A DNA stretch of 64,000 nucleotides from assembly GCF_006345805.1 (NCBI RefSeq), contig NC_043000.1:145514001-145578000 (forward strand). Direction: 5' to 3'. A model generated the notes under the pieces. It made no database searches, was not told the DNA's origin, and saw only the letters and a list, made by a program, of their open reading frames with translations. The DNA is from Octopus sinensis (Eukaryota). Each line of letters starts with the position of its first letter. Position 1 is the stretch's first letter. Below, piece by piece: positions 39,224 to 53,630 of this stretch. The position numbers and the translations under genes were made by a program.

Positions 39224-39390
39224 TTAAATTATGTCATTATAAGAGAAAAAAAATGTTTTTTTAATTTTCTAATATTCTTCAGACATATTGACGCAAATAT
39301 ATATATTTTTTTAACATTTAAGCCTTCTGTAGTTTTTTCACTCTTTACTATTTTCTATATATATATATATTATATATATATATATATACG

Positions 39391-39590
39391 TATATTAGAA
39401 GAAATGAGGTACTCAGAAAATCGGATGGTTTATATTTACAGATATTTATTTGTATATTACATTTTTTTATATATCATATAACTTAGATTATGATCTAAGT
39501 AATATGATATATAAAAAAATGTAATATAAAATATTGAGTACCTCATTTCTTCTAATATATAATACCTGGACATCATCTCCAAACCTTCCA
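39391..39590. repeat. Fold-back (nested inverted repeat) insertion
   Basis: Outer 25-bp arms 39391-39415/39535-39559 plus an inner palindrome 39453-39528; flanked by duplicated TATATATACGTATAT. Confidence 0.8.
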
Positions 39591-39627
39591 ATATATATAT
39601 ACGTATATATATATATATAGATACACA

Positions 39628-39704
<77 letters not shown>

Positions 39705-42547
39705 AGAGCGCGTGTGTTTGGAAAAGCGCTCACATACACTAGTAAATATTCTCTTCTCGAAAATGTTAATAACGTCTTGATACAAGATTTTAGATCTCTT
39801 TTTAAAAGATATTAAAAAAACGCTTTATACTTAAAAAGTGTATTATGTAATTTTGCACAGACTTTCAAATATATATATATATATGTGTGTGTGTGTTTGT
39901 GTATATACACACATACATACATACATAGATGCATAGAGAGAGATAGAGAGGACAATGTGTGCATGTACACATACGCCCAAACACATGTTGATACATACAT
40001 AACTGAGAGAGAGGGTGATTCTTTCATTTGAGGTATAAGTATTTGCAAAAGTGGTCATATTTTAAATTTAGCCATCAATATTTAGAATATATATTAGTGG
40101 ACATCTGCAGAAAAGCCACAAGCATTTCAAATATCAGAAAAGTTTTCACATGCCCACTTATATTAAGCGATAATTGGATTTTATTTGTAATATCCTATGA
40201 GGGAAATAGAAACCAGTTCACAGTAGCTTGTTGGTATTGACATATAATTCATAGATATTAAACTATGCGCATATTTACACAAAAACAAGCATACACACAC
40301 AGTAATTAACATACCCTTTCAAGCTCCTCGAGCATGAATACACGTACTTATATATGACCCTTGTTTGACAACGTTTGTACTCAAAACTCGCGAACCCTCC
40401 GCAATTTTAGTTTTTGCTTGAAAAAAGATTATGAGTATGTATGTATGTATGTATGTATGTATGTATATGAATGTACGTCTATAAATGAGCGCTTGTGTGT
40501 GTATGTTTGCATTCGTATACATGCATATGCATGCGTATATGTGTTTGTATGCGTGTGTATGTGTATGTGTGTATGTATGAGTGTCTGTGAGCGTACAACT
40601 TTATGTCCATGCATTTGTGTCTGTTTCTGTGTGTAAATATATATATATATGTTATATGTAGAAATTGTATGCGAGTAACGTATGTTACTCAAATAAAGTG
40701 ATTCATGCACTGCCAACCGCAAAGTATAATATCCACCACCATATTAATGGTATTTATTCACTCCGCCAGTTACACTCATCCTCCCCTCCACCATTGAATC
40801 TTGCCGTATACTGACTGCAGTAAGTGGTAGATCGAGTAGTATTCGTTTCACTGTAAGACATTGCAATTCTTACTGACTGGCATTTACAAGATGTTTGCAT
40901 TGTCAGGACTGTTCTTTATTGTTTTGTAAATATTTACCAAGTCAGCTAGCTTCGATCTGTTAACTCAGAAACTTGAACCGATGAAAAACAAATACACATA
41001 AATTTACACAAGTGTATTTGTACATGAAATATTCATAGTCCACGTTATTCATCCGTTGATTTTTACATGCAGCGACTTTACACCCAAGTTAACCAATCAA
41101 ACATCAACAGGCCATGATTTATGCGACATATTAAAGTGTAACTCTGGAATCTAAAATCGGTCTCTTGCTTCTGTTTCTCCATTAGATTTGTATTCTCCGG
41201 GAATAATTCATTATCTTTATCAAATGAAATATATCTTAGAGATATCGCTATCCCTTGCATATAAATATTTGAAAATATGCCAATGTACAACGATATATAT
41301 ACATCAGCAGCTATGCAAGTTGTGGTTCATATTAAATTCATTCCTAATAGTATGAAGTGGCGAGAAATGCTTCAAACGTAGATATTCAAAGGAACATTTT
41401 ATACAGAAATTAATTGTCAGTTGGTATATTGCAGCTGTATTGGCTGGATTCGCTTCACCATTCAGGAATCCGCCTACATTTCGTTTCCCTATTTTACATA
41501 TCCATAGTGTGCCCAAATTCATTTACCCGTGCTAGCCACGATACCCGTATTTCATCTCCATAACAACTGCCTTCTGGAATCTTTTCCTTGTTTATGTGTA
41601 TTTCGCTGGTGTGCCTCTGTAAAAATTCAAACGAATAATATCGGAATTCATCAGAGCAGTATCAGTGGGCTTGGTGTGTCATTGAATACTCCTCTTTCTC
41701 AAAACGCTGTCTGTACAGAAAATAATTATTCAGTGCCTATATATTACAGAAATTTTACATACCTCACTTGTATTTCAATCTCTCATGAGGCCTGATCTAT
41801 CAGACAGTTATTATCAATATTTAGACCAATCTAGTTAGGAGTTTAATAACTGTACTAAATTCATCTATACTCCTGCAGACGACCAAAGGCAAAATTCTTT
41901 TTGAGTAAAGTACATTTTAGTAGACCAAACTGCGACACATTAATACCAGTTAGGAATTAGGTTTCTGTGGGAGTAAGTGATGGACGGAACAAGTGTAAAA
42001 GTGTTTCACTGCCACTCACATATTTTCAAATAGAATAGGTCAAACTGCAGTGAGTGTTAAACGTAATATAAAGTCTTGTGGATTTAAGCAGTCAGCTTAG
42101 AAAAAAGTATCTACTCAGAGCCCAAGTGAAAGTTGAACGCATAGTTGCCGGCACGAAACCCTGTAACAACCTGTCTAGAAAATTACGAATTAAATAAGAA
42201 TTGGAGAGACATGCATGAGAAATAATTACTTGGTTGCATTAAAGAAGGCAGCTCATAGAGAATTAGATTGATTTATTAGAGCAATAGAGCTACAGATCAA
42301 TACATTATAAATGTTTCTGTTAAGTGAGACAAAAGGTGTAAACTTAAAGAGAAAAATAATTGCCGTTCAATGGGTTTCGACGGTAAAATCGCAGGCTGGC
42401 AACAAATCCATATTTTGCCCTTTGGGGAATAGGAACTGATGAGTGCTATTCATTTCCAAGCAGACACGTTTTTCAAGCTGTATTTTGCAGATATATATAT
42501 ACTTACATACATGTGTGTGTTTGTTTGTGCGTGAAATACACACACAC

Positions 42548-42744
42548 ACACGCGGGAGTACTTCCTGGCCATAGGGGTATTGCTAATGACTGGTAGAATG
42601 CCTAACCTTTCGATTTTTTTACATGGTTCTCAGAGGAATCCAAGGACCGCTGCAATAAATGTGTGAATGTGAGAGAGGAATATGTTAAATAAACTCATAA
42701 TGAGTTTACTCAATGCCAGGAAATTTTCAGCTCGCCCTTGTGTA
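42548..42744 (+). mobile_element. Mariner-derived MITE-like remnant
   Basis: RCNKCVNVR/EYVK* C-terminus followed by AGGAAATTTTCAGCTCGCCCTTGTG-TA (mariner-type TIR). Confidence 0.55.
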
Positions 42745-43556
42745 TATCTATATCTATATCTATTTCTCTCTCTCTCTCTCTAGCTCTCTCTCTCTCGCTT
42801 TCTCTCTTTCTCACTGTATATGCGTATATATATATATATAGTTGAGAAAAGTTTAGAAATCTATACAAATCAAATTTTAATATAAAAATGGAGGTGGAAA
42901 TAGAAGAAAGAGAAGTAAGTCTAAGAAATTGCAATTTAAGATAGAATTTAATAAAATTGTTCTAAAAATTATATGAAGAAAATATTACCGATTTCGATGT
43001 ATTTCATCTTATGAAATATCAGTAACAATTTATAAAAATTTGAAGTAAATACAGCTTATCTTCTTTTTTGCGGTCAATAACATGTGTGGAGCTTTTTTGT
43101 TTAAGTGTTCTTCAAATATAGTTTGGGACAGACTTCCAAGTGTTTCAGAGTGAGAGGAGGGGTATCTATTGTTTAATAGAAACCTTTGTGTGTTCCCGCC
43201 AAGGGAGTATGTAAAACACATTTATCGAATGGGTTTTGTGTCTACCTGTGTGTGTGTGTGAGTGTGTATGTGTTGAATACATGCCAATATGTTTTGAAAA
43301 ATGACCAGCTGTGAGTTGATGGATGTGTATGTTGTAAAGAATGTCTTCTAGAAGAGAGAATTAGGATTTTTCTTTGGGTTAGATGTATTCGAGTATTTCC
43401 ATCTGTGTGTATGTGTGTGAGTGTATGTGTGGGTGTGTTGTTTGCGATGTTTTCTTTTGTGTATGTCTGTGTTTGTGTGTGTGTTTTGTGATGTTTAGTT
43501 TTTTAGTGTGTGTTTATATGTTTGTGTGTATGTGTATGTGTTGGCATATATGAATA

Positions 43557-43765
43557 TTATTTTCTACTCTAGGCACAAGGCATGAAATTTTGTATGGAGG
43601 GGGCCAGTCGATTAGTTCAACCTCAGTACGCAACTAGTACTTAATTTATCGACCCCTAAATGATTAAAGGCAAAGTCGTCCTCGGCGGAATTTGAACTCA
43701 GAGCACAAAGACTATCGCTAAGCATTTTGTCCGGTGTGCTAACGTTTCTGCCAACTTGCCGCTTT
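43557..43765 (-). mobile_element. SINE family B
   Basis: Family B domain; perfect 16-bp TSD GGCATATATGAATATT. Confidence 0.9.
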
Positions 43766-43779
43766 CGGCATATATGAAT

Positions 43780-44620
43780 ATTTTAAAACAGATTTAGGAA
43801 ATGATCGGAAGTATATTTTTTCAGAATTATTAATATGTATAAAATTCTTCTTAAGTGTTTGTTATTATTTATTGGTTGTGGTCGGGTCTATAATTCATTG
43901 TGATGATTTATACTTGTTAATAAATTGTCTTTCCTTGTTCAATCTTTGTTGTTGTTTGAAGTTATCGGAGCACTTGTAGAGCGAAATATTTTCAAATTCG
44001 GTAAGAACATTCTCTGTTTCTCTTGTCTCGGATTTGTTCGCGATGGGTTATCATTCTGTTGCTAAACGATCCGCCCGGCTGACCTATGTGATTATGTTGG
44101 CAACTATTTCATGTGATTATGTAGATCAGATTTTCCGTGTTGAAGGTGTGATTGGACTTGATTATAAATGTTTAGCTATCTTTGAATTTAAACTCTGACA
44201 CCTCAATTACGCAACGGCAAGTGCCACAGTATGTTCTTTCCTATTTCGTTACTGTTGGTTTGGGCATTTCTTTGTGCACTTTTGCTCCAGTGAGAATGAG
44301 TTTTAGTGTTTTGATAATTTGTTGTTTTTCTGATATTTTTCTCGTTTTTTTTTTCATCTGCAAATAAGATGGGGGAGGTATTTGATGATGTGATCAAATA
44401 TTTGGGTGTTCCTGGGATTTAAGGGGTTGTCAGGGATGGTAAGATATTTTTCCTTCCTTTGTTTTTGCTTTCCTAAGTTAATTGATATCCATTTGTTTCG
44501 CCTTGTTTATTCCGTTGGTGTTTATTTTAGGAGGACATGCTCTTTGGATAACCGTGTCCTTCAGTTCCTCTAGTAATTGCTCACGTTTGTATGGTTCTGA
44601 TGCTATGGACATAAAAGCCA
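43780..44620 (-). pseudogene. Penelope-like ORF fragment (post-RT helical domain)
   Basis: SIASEPYKREQLLEELKDTVIQRACPPKINTNGINKAKQMDI resembles PLE (IC)S....R...L.EL...L..RGYP...I...I.KA. Confidence 0.55.
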
Positions 44621-45637
44621 TTCAATAAATGTTTTGATTTGTATAGATCTCTAAACTTTTTCAACTATATAGATAGGTAGATAGATAGATGCATACATAA
44701 ATGCATACATACATGAATTTATGCGCACGTACCCACGCATTGACAGCTGTCTGTATATAATGTCACCTCAAGTGTCTCTACGTTCCAACATAGAGTGAGT
44801 TGAGGTGCAGAATGCTGTCCGTCATGATGCTGATTTGTGAAGACAACAATAAATGCATCTGGAATGCAAACTACCCTATCGGGTGCAAGTTATATTCACA
44901 GCTGGTTCAGATTCCTCACATTCTGAAGTGGTATTTGTCGGGGTGAGCAGATCTAAGTTGCCATCTAATATCTAAAATATTTCTTGTCACTTCATTTGAA
45001 CAATGACTATGCCCTAAGTCATTTCTTGGGTTTGCTTTGACAATAGAGACACGTGATTAGAAAGTTACTTTAAGATTCATCCTGTATAAAAGGAAACTCT
45101 GAAGAGATGTACCATTACACAGACACCAGAAATTCGTGATACTCGGTATCATGATAGGGAGGTGTCACAGTGTAAGTTAGGCCAGAATTAATCATGAAAT
45201 TGCTATGTATGTGGAGCACGCTGCCAGAAAATTGACATGGATGCAATGTGACGACTTAGACCGTTAGCTCAAGGGCTCCTATTTTCAAATCGTTGGTTAA
45301 TTCACACAAAGAAAGCGCCACACGTAAATTATAAATCTTATTCAGAAATGAACTAGGATAATGCCTATCAAATTTGAAGCGGCAATGGCTAAATCTATCG
45401 TAGAGTCTGTAATACATAAAGCAGAGTTTTCTTGCCTCTATCCACGAAACACAGATTACATCGTGTATTTGAGTGTGTGTGTATGCGTTTGTATGTGTGT
45501 GTATGTGTGTGTGTTTATGTGTATCTATATATGTACACGCACACACTCAGTCACACGCTGAGACATACCCTCATATGTACAAATACGCATATATAATTAT
45601 ATATGTGTGTGTGTGCCCGTGCGCCTGTCTGTGTGAT

Positions 45638-45682
<45 letters not shown>

Positions 45683-48600
45683 GTGTGTATGTGTATGTGT
45701 GTGTGTGTGGTTGTGTGTATGTATCTGTTTGTCTGTGTGTACACTATACATATTTTTGTCATATATTTTTTAGTGTCACAATATTTTTTTCGATACTCCA
45801 CGAAGGTATCTTAAAAATCTTTAGACGTTTACTATGTTTTACAATGTGCAAATACTATTCGCGCATGTATATTCCTCTCTTTGTAGATGTGTATAAGTGA
45901 GTACGACTAAAATTATATGCAGTAAAGTTTTACTTCTCATGTAAATGAAATTGATTTTTTCTGAATGACAGAATAGAATCGCCTGGTGCCTTTTTACCTT
46001 CAACAAATTCGATTTAATAATACAATTTTGTGTAATTTAACCATACGTAGATTTTCAACTAGGAAACAAATTGAATGCAAATTGCAAATTTCTGTACAGA
46101 AAATAGCAAAAATTCCCATCTTTTGTATATATTTTATTTTAGGTAACCAGCATGACATTTTTTAGACATCATTACAATATTGTGTTTTCAGCAAATATTT
46201 ATGTAGTTTGTATAAACAGAATAATTTGCTGTTGTTGAAATCTGTTTCCATATATGCCTGTTCACACACATGTCAACATGTACATCTCGTAGTACATCTC
46301 ATAATGTGGATTACTGCTGAGTGACCAAGAGTGTATAAAAGTGCATCAAGCTTTGTAAATGTTGAATGCGTTAAGGTTGAAAACTATTTAGAAACTATTT
46401 TAGCAGCAGGATACGTTGTTGAAATCTAGTTCACAACTCTTTGCAAATGCAAATTTGAAATCGCTCACCGTTTTCAACATCTAAGTCAAAGTACGTTCTT
46501 CTTATGGAAACGTTCTATGATGCCTGTTTTAGTAAATATGAATATATATATATATATACTGCTAATCATCTTCCTATTTCCGTACTGAAATGAGCAGCGT
46601 CAAAATGTATCCCTTAAATGAACCTCGAATCGGAACGTGTCTATATAGGATTCTTTCTCAATTATTTTTCCTTTATTATTTTTATGGTTTCATTCATTGG
46701 ACAGCAGCCATTTTGGCATTATATTTAAGGAATTTAGACGACGAAGCTGGCACCAATAATTACCTATCTATTTTGCAAACTGGGAAAGTACAAAGATGCA
46801 AACCATTGCCTTTTCTCAAACGGTGTTAGGCTAAGATGATTACAGAAAGTGAGAAAAGAGAGAGGATGCAAACATACACACACACACGGACTCATGTAGA
46901 TTCATACGTACGTATGTATAAGCATGTATATATTTTAATATATGAGTATGTATATGCATGAAAATATAAATGCGTGAGCGCGTGTGTGTGTTCGTTTGTA
47001 AGTAGGCGTGTAATAGTTCACTTTATAATTACATGGTTTCGTGTTCAGTCTCATTAAGCAGCTCAACAGCTAGGCGTCTTCCATTGTAAACCATTGCCAA
47101 ATAACGCATTGTGTTTGAAGAAAACATTTAGACGTATGCACACGAATATACATATGAATGTAAGTGGACTTAAACTTAGATAGTGGATATACGAATGCAA
47201 TTTATTCAAATGAATTATCTGTTCGCAATAATTTTCATATATTATAACACTCATTCGTTTTATATTTATATCGTGCATTTTGGACAGCAATAAACTTATT
47301 GGCCTTTGAAATGGATGTATTTCCTTTCAATTGCGTGATAGCGGATCCTTTCTTGTAATTTATTTTAGAGGCGGCGCGAGAAAGATACAATTATGTTTTA
47401 TTCTTTCAGATACTGCAAAACTACCCAAGTCAAAATATATTGTGTTGGTGCATAATTATTGCGGCCTTTTTTCAACAAATCTTATTCAACAAAAACAATA
47501 ACAATGTTTAACAAAAACATATTTAAATGATGATCTGACCGTCTACCAAGCAAATGAGAAGCAGTAATTGAAGTAGATGGTGAAAAGTTCCGGAATAATC
47601 ATTTAAAGATGTTTTTGTTACATGTCGTTATTGTTCTTGTAGAATAAAATTTGTTACTAAAAACGCCGCAATAATTAGGCACCAACCCAATATATTTTTT
47701 AGCAAGCCGATACTTTTTGTGTCTCGTTTCCCTAAACCTCCAAAACCTTAATATTTATGTAATTTATGCGCCTAGTGTCTTCCGAAGGATTTATATTATC
47801 GCCAAACGATTAAACTCCATATCACCAAATTTAGTTCTTTTTAGTCTTCGCTGCCTACTTCCCACTATATTCATTACTTGTTTGATTATTTCACTTTTCT
47901 GATATTCAATTGTTTATTTAATCCAATCCTATTTAGATTATCAACACAAAGTTAATATTGCTTCCTTGAAGTAGAAGAGAAAATATTAGTTCATTTTTTT
48001 TAAAACTTTTTATTCAATATTTATATTTATTTAATTATTTATTTCCAATAATTTTATTGTTACAATGTAATTGTGATAAGGGAAGGAATTGAAGATTATC
48101 ATTTCAGGAGAAAATAATAATATTTGGATCAATATTCAGATATATTCAAAAGGAAAACTTATTTAATGAATTGCTCCAAAACAGCCTTTTGATATTATAG
48201 ATTGCTCATGCCGATGATTCATTCATATTACTTTTATATTTTAGTTCCTATTGTTTATTATATTTTCAAATGAAGAAAGTCTACATTTATTGGATTGTAT
48301 ATATTCATCTCAATGAATTGCAATTCTACTTCATACACCTTAAAACTATTTGAATGTTTGTTATTGAGTTAACATAACACACAAAAAGTTTCCTTTATTC
48401 AAGAATCTTCGTATCCTATGTTGCTTCTATCTTGAAGATTTTTAATAATGTTTATTTTGCTCGAATTCATATTGCATTTATCTAATGTTCCTTTACAGTT
48501 GCACCTGTAGATTTTCAGCGGCACTCTGCTCAACTGTTTAGAGTAAGCGATAGAACAGAGATCGCGGGAGAATTTATTACCTCGCTCGATGTACTAGACT

Positions 48601-49089
48601 CACCTATCAATGTTTTCTTTGCAGGTGCAGAAAGCTGATAACAGCAGCTGAGATACATGAGCTGATGCTTAGTTTTACAAGGTTCAGAAGATCAGACTTA
48701 CTACTCAGCATATTCATGCACAACTACATCGATGATGACCTGTGATATACGTACTAACCTCGCAGCAGGACAGGCCTATTCCTAGTTCTGTAAGTTATTG
48801 GGTGGTGGAACTGACGAGGAAAGACGGAAACAAAGGAGCGTAGTTGATAATTTACAATAGACAGCTCTACTAAAGCAGAGATATTTGTAACATTTTCACC
48901 AAGGTTCGAGCAAGATTATCGCTTGTCGTTCTAATCGTGGTCTGAAGAATGTAAATTAAGTATGTCGGTTCGGATTATCCACAAGCTCCAATTATACTAT
49001 ACCTGGCACAATCGTACCCTCGCTACAATTTTCATCAATCTGTTTTAATCGAAATTTTTCGATACCATCAACGATCACCTTAAGAAGTT

Positions 49090-49340
49090 GTCCTGGAGGT
49101 AGTCGGTTTCGGTAATGTCTCCAGGGAGTTTTATTGCTTACATGTTCAGGGTCATCTGCTCAATGGCCAAGGTAAATGATCCCAATTCGAACGATTTCAG
49201 GTTAGTGGTTCGCTCCGTCATGTGTGTTCCTTCTTACCCCTCCTAAATGTATTCTCGGACCATTACTGCAAAAAGTAGAATTTTGAAAGGTATCTCTTTC
49301 CAAAGAGGATGAAAAAGTCATGACTGCATTTACGAAAAAG
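49090..49340 (+). pseudogene. Highly degenerate Gypsy-like RT fragment
   Basis: ..NDFRLVV.. and EF*KVSLSKEDEKVMTAFT resemble RLVVD and GFWQVPL..ED..KTAF. Confidence 0.35.
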
Positions 49341-49814
49341 GTCATCGTAATGGAATCGAATGCCACTGAACCTTAGGTGCCAGCCACCGATCTAAATCAG
49401 TGCGAAATATTCACAGAAACAAAAATGAACTACGAACACTCGGTAGTTTTGCAGTTCGACTTCTTTAGATGTGAATCCATGCAGTAAAGCAATTTTGCTG
49501 GGGTGCTTAGAGGGGTTGTCTTGTTATGTTGCCCAGGGTTTGACCCTGATTGGTTACCTCCTCCAGATGGATAGGTATTAAGGGAAGTTTAAGGGCAGGG
49601 TAACATTGATCACACAGATATACTTTTAATTCAAACGTCCCTCATTGCCAGGCAATTTTTCTCGCTGAGCCTACTTCAGATGCACTGTTGTCTGTGGAAT
49701 TATGTGACAGCTGCACTATAATAGTTCACTGCGTAGCGAGCTCAAATGAATGAACATCTGAAATATTTAACGAAGGGTCCATTTACGTTTCACTTTACTT
49801 CGTGGATAGCAACC

Positions 49815-49870
49815 AGAGCAGATGTAGCAGTAGATGTAGCATTAGTAACAACAGTGGCAGCTGCAGCAGC

Positions 49871-49916
<46 letters not shown>

Positions 49917-49963
49917 ATAGTAGTAGTAGTAGTAGTAGTAGCAGCAGCAGCAGCAGCAGTAGC

Positions 49964-50016
<53 letters not shown>

Positions 50017-50035
50017 CAGCAGCAGCAATAGTATG
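49815..50035. repeat. (TAG)n/(CAG)n microsatellite
   Basis: Direct reading. Confidence 0.95.
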
Positions 50036-51569
50036 CATCACTGATATTATTGATGATGCGATTTCAAAAGGCGGTGCGGTAACTGGTTTCCTATATTAGT
50101 TTATACTAGTTTTCATTATCCATGCTGTATGGTGGGAAATATATAATCAACTTATCACGAACATTATTTCGATTATTAATATGCTTGTTGAAGTGAACAA
50201 GTACCATAAATATAATCATGGTTACGACACATACGGTGCCTAACCTTTACTCTACACATTTGAAACCTTCCTCTAATCAAATACAGTATTATCACTTAAT
50301 GGAAATAATTCTCGGTGACAAAACGGACAAAGTTTTCAATATTATATATTTATTAAGTCATATTTCTTTGCATTCCTGCCGGCGTTCTTATTTTTATCCT
50401 CCCGTTTCTTGCATCAATAATGACGCAAATATATTTTATTATAATGAAATACAAATATGCTGTATTGTACTTTTGGAAGAAATAGTGCATTTATGAGAAA
50501 AAGAGACATGAGATTTGATGCAATGTAATGAGTTGGAATCAATTCGATGCAAGAAATAATTCATTTTTCTTAAATTGAAACGATAATAGCGTTTCAAATT
50601 TTGAATGAGAACATATCAACAACGGGTAAAATAACTGAATGATGGAAGGCTTTTGATTCTTTAAACAAGATATTGACAAAGTAAAGTTATATGGTTGTAT
50701 AGTATATGTACAATTATCTTCAACTGGATTGCGCATATATATGTTAGCTTCACAAATGGTATGGGAAATGACAATGATATATATGATTTTACACAGTAGA
50801 AACAGGATAGCCATATTAAGCCCCAAAGGAAACGTTTCAATTAACGTATAGAGTTTGAAGAACCCCGCAGCCGATTGTACTGTTAAACTGTATAAAATTT
50901 TTGAATATTGACGCTAGGATCTATTATTAGTAAGGAACTCAAAACGTTTCCAATTACATTTCTTTGTGTGGTATAGAGTTCATCATGTTTATGAAGTTGT
51001 AACTGGAATAATGTTGCAATTTGCAAAGTTAGATCACCAATTTTCAAATGATTTGTAGTTTCAAATGTCATTCTTTTGTTTACTGGTTGATATTTTAGAA
51101 TCCATTGTGAGTTAATTTTACAATGGTTTCATACTTGAGGCATATATTATAACAATAACGTACCACTTTTTAATTTTATCAATGGAATATTCATAACAAT
51201 ATATATAATCATACCTCAATAGAATCACTGAAAGTTCTATTTCCTACAAATATTCTCATATTAAGAGGTGGAAAAGTTACATATTTGTAAATATTGGACA
51301 GAGTCTTGCATTATTTCATTTTTTTCATTATTAATATACCTGGTAAAAGTGTTTATAAGATATATACTATACTTAGATCCAATCCTGCAGATGTATTTGT
51401 GCTTCATTAATCGCGTCGATCAGGGAAACTGCATCTTCCGCAAAATATGAAGTTAGATGTCAACATTATCAATAGGTTTAGTTGAAATAATAAGTGATAC
51501 ACGTAACTATCGAATGTGAATTGCATAGGGCGAAAATAATATGTTGCCCGTCTCCTGTTTTCTCTCAAT

Positions 51570-52440
51570 TAACAGCCCTCCACCCTGACCCTCTAACGGA
51601 CCATTCTACGAGCCATCCGGCGATTCCAGTGAGACCGCTCCACTTCGCACATCTTCCCCAACCTACCCCTTCTTTCCTTCAAGCGCGTCCACAAGCTACG
51701 TGACCTCTGGTACACAGTTTCTCCCCTAAACGAACTTCCCAGCCTGGCTCGTTCTCCTGATCCTGTTCACGACGACGCAGTTGCCCCAACTTCTTCAACA
51801 CCGTCCTCAAAAGCACCCATCATCGTTCCTAAAATATCACTGACTACTTTACCTGAATGTCTAGCAACATCATTTACTGCATCTCCTTCTCTTTCTTCCC
51901 ATCTCTGCACATCGGCCAAACGGGACGCCGCTTGGCTAACCGGTTCGTGGAGCAACTCCGAAACATTAGACTCAGCAATGATACCCCCCACCCGGTCCCG
52001 CGGCATTTTCGCTCTACCGGTCGTTCATTTCCTGTCTGTGTTCAGATTGTCTTTGCACAGGGGCCATCCGAACTCCCGCCTTCACCGCGAACAAGAACTA
52101 ATCATCTCTCTTCGTTCCTTTACGCCACGTGGGCTCAAATGTCTTCCCCTCTTCATCTGACTCCCCTTTTCTCCTGTCTTCATCTGAGACCTACTTCTTC
52201 TCTTCATTCCTACCCATCTCTGCTCTCTCTCTCTCTCTCTCTCTCTCTTACCCTCACAACCTACTTCCTCTCTTCATTCCTTCCCACCTCTCCTCTTTCT
52301 TACCCTTCGCAAATCTTTCCTAAACTACACCTTCCCTCTTTCAAGCGCGCCCACAACCTACGTGACCTCCGGTACACAGTTTCTTCCCTAACGCAACCTC
52401 TCAACCTGGCTCTTTCTCCTGATCCTGTTCACCCTGCCGC
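51570..52440 (+). mobile_element. Penelope-like element (linker plus GIY-YIG) with partial tandem duplication
   Basis: FPNLPLLSFKRVHKLRDL linker; SSNIIYCISFSFFPSLHIGQTGRRLANRFVEQLRNIR; ~117-bp direct repeat 51654-51770/52315-52432. Confidence 0.85.
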
Positions 52441-52444
52441 ACTT

Positions 52445-53130
52445 GCAAAAATCCGGGATCCCACGACTAGGAAAATTCCCGTAAGGAAACACCTAGACCA
52501 ATGCCACGTAAAAATAAACCAGCAATACCATATCTTCCCTCTCTATCAATGCACCGGAAACACTTCAACCCAATTCCGTTTAAATAAGAAAAGCATTCTC
52601 AGTCAGATATAAACCACGGCTGAATATCCTCTAAAAATAAGACAAAACACTAAAGAGTAAAAGGAAAAAAGAATCAATTTAAAAAAAAGCAACCAGGAAC
52701 AACAATTTTATAAACTTTAGTAACAGTCTTCCACCCGTCTTTGAAACCACAACTCCAAATCACCATACGAATACAAGTTGCCGACGTCACCTATCTCTAG
52801 AGCAATGAAATTTGACAAGAACCTGTTGCCGACGTCACCTAACTCTAAACCAATCAAAATCGAACTTCAGCAGATACAACAAATTGACCATTTCATAGAA
52901 TCAACCAACTGGAACGGCTGATAATCGTTTCCCACAGGGAAGCCAACCAGGGAGAACAACAAATTTGACTACCGGAAAAATAAGATGTCACCAATACTTT
53001 AACGAATCAAAAATCAGATCCGTTCGTGGAAAAAAAAAAATATAAATGCACCGATTCCAAAACACATCGTGACAAGCGAAAGTTCCTACACACGAGGGAA
53101 TGAGGATCAGAGAATCTGTAAACCAAATCC
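52445..53130 (+). mobile_element. Second Penelope family, 3' end
   Basis: KIRDPTTRKIPVRKHLDQCHVKINQQYHIFPLYQCTGNTSTQFRLNK, homologous to the 38817-39053 peptide, followed by a non-coding tail. Confidence 0.75.
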
Positions 53131-53353
53131 TTTGTTTTACTATATCCATTCCTCCCTTATTTTTTCCCTCTTATCTCAGCATGACTGAAAATTGATGATG
53201 TTTATTTCTTATCGCTGACTATTAACACCATTGAGTTTTGTACATTCAAACAAACTGATGCAGTTTTAATATTATTGAATGTTATGAACATTTAAACTTG
53301 TTAACATATTTTTCCTGCGTAGAAATGCAACCCCTTTTTTGTTATATGTGTGT

Positions 53354-53389
<36 letters not shown>

Positions 53390-53630
53390 ATATAATATAT
53401 ATATATATATAATATATATATATAATATATATATATATTATATATATATATATATAGTTAATCCAAACAAGAAAACAAAAAAAAACACAATAACGCGTGG
53501 ACGTTATATATATACACACACCACACACACACACATATATATATATATACCATAATCTGTCTCTAATTTGATATAATATATATATATATATATAGTAAAT
53601 AAATGGAGGTGAACGCAGATGTTATTAAAA

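Larger units (their letters stand above)
38530..39360 (+). mobile_element. 5'-truncated Penelope-like element with inverted pLTRs
   Basis: ~290-bp near-identical inverted arms (38530-38815 / 39069-39360) around a GIY-YIG C-terminal fragment. Confidence 0.9.

Noticed and set aside
41400-41760. Possible LINE RT C-terminus (FGHTMDM...RRIPEW) on minus
   Set aside because: Too degenerate to support without an HMM search.
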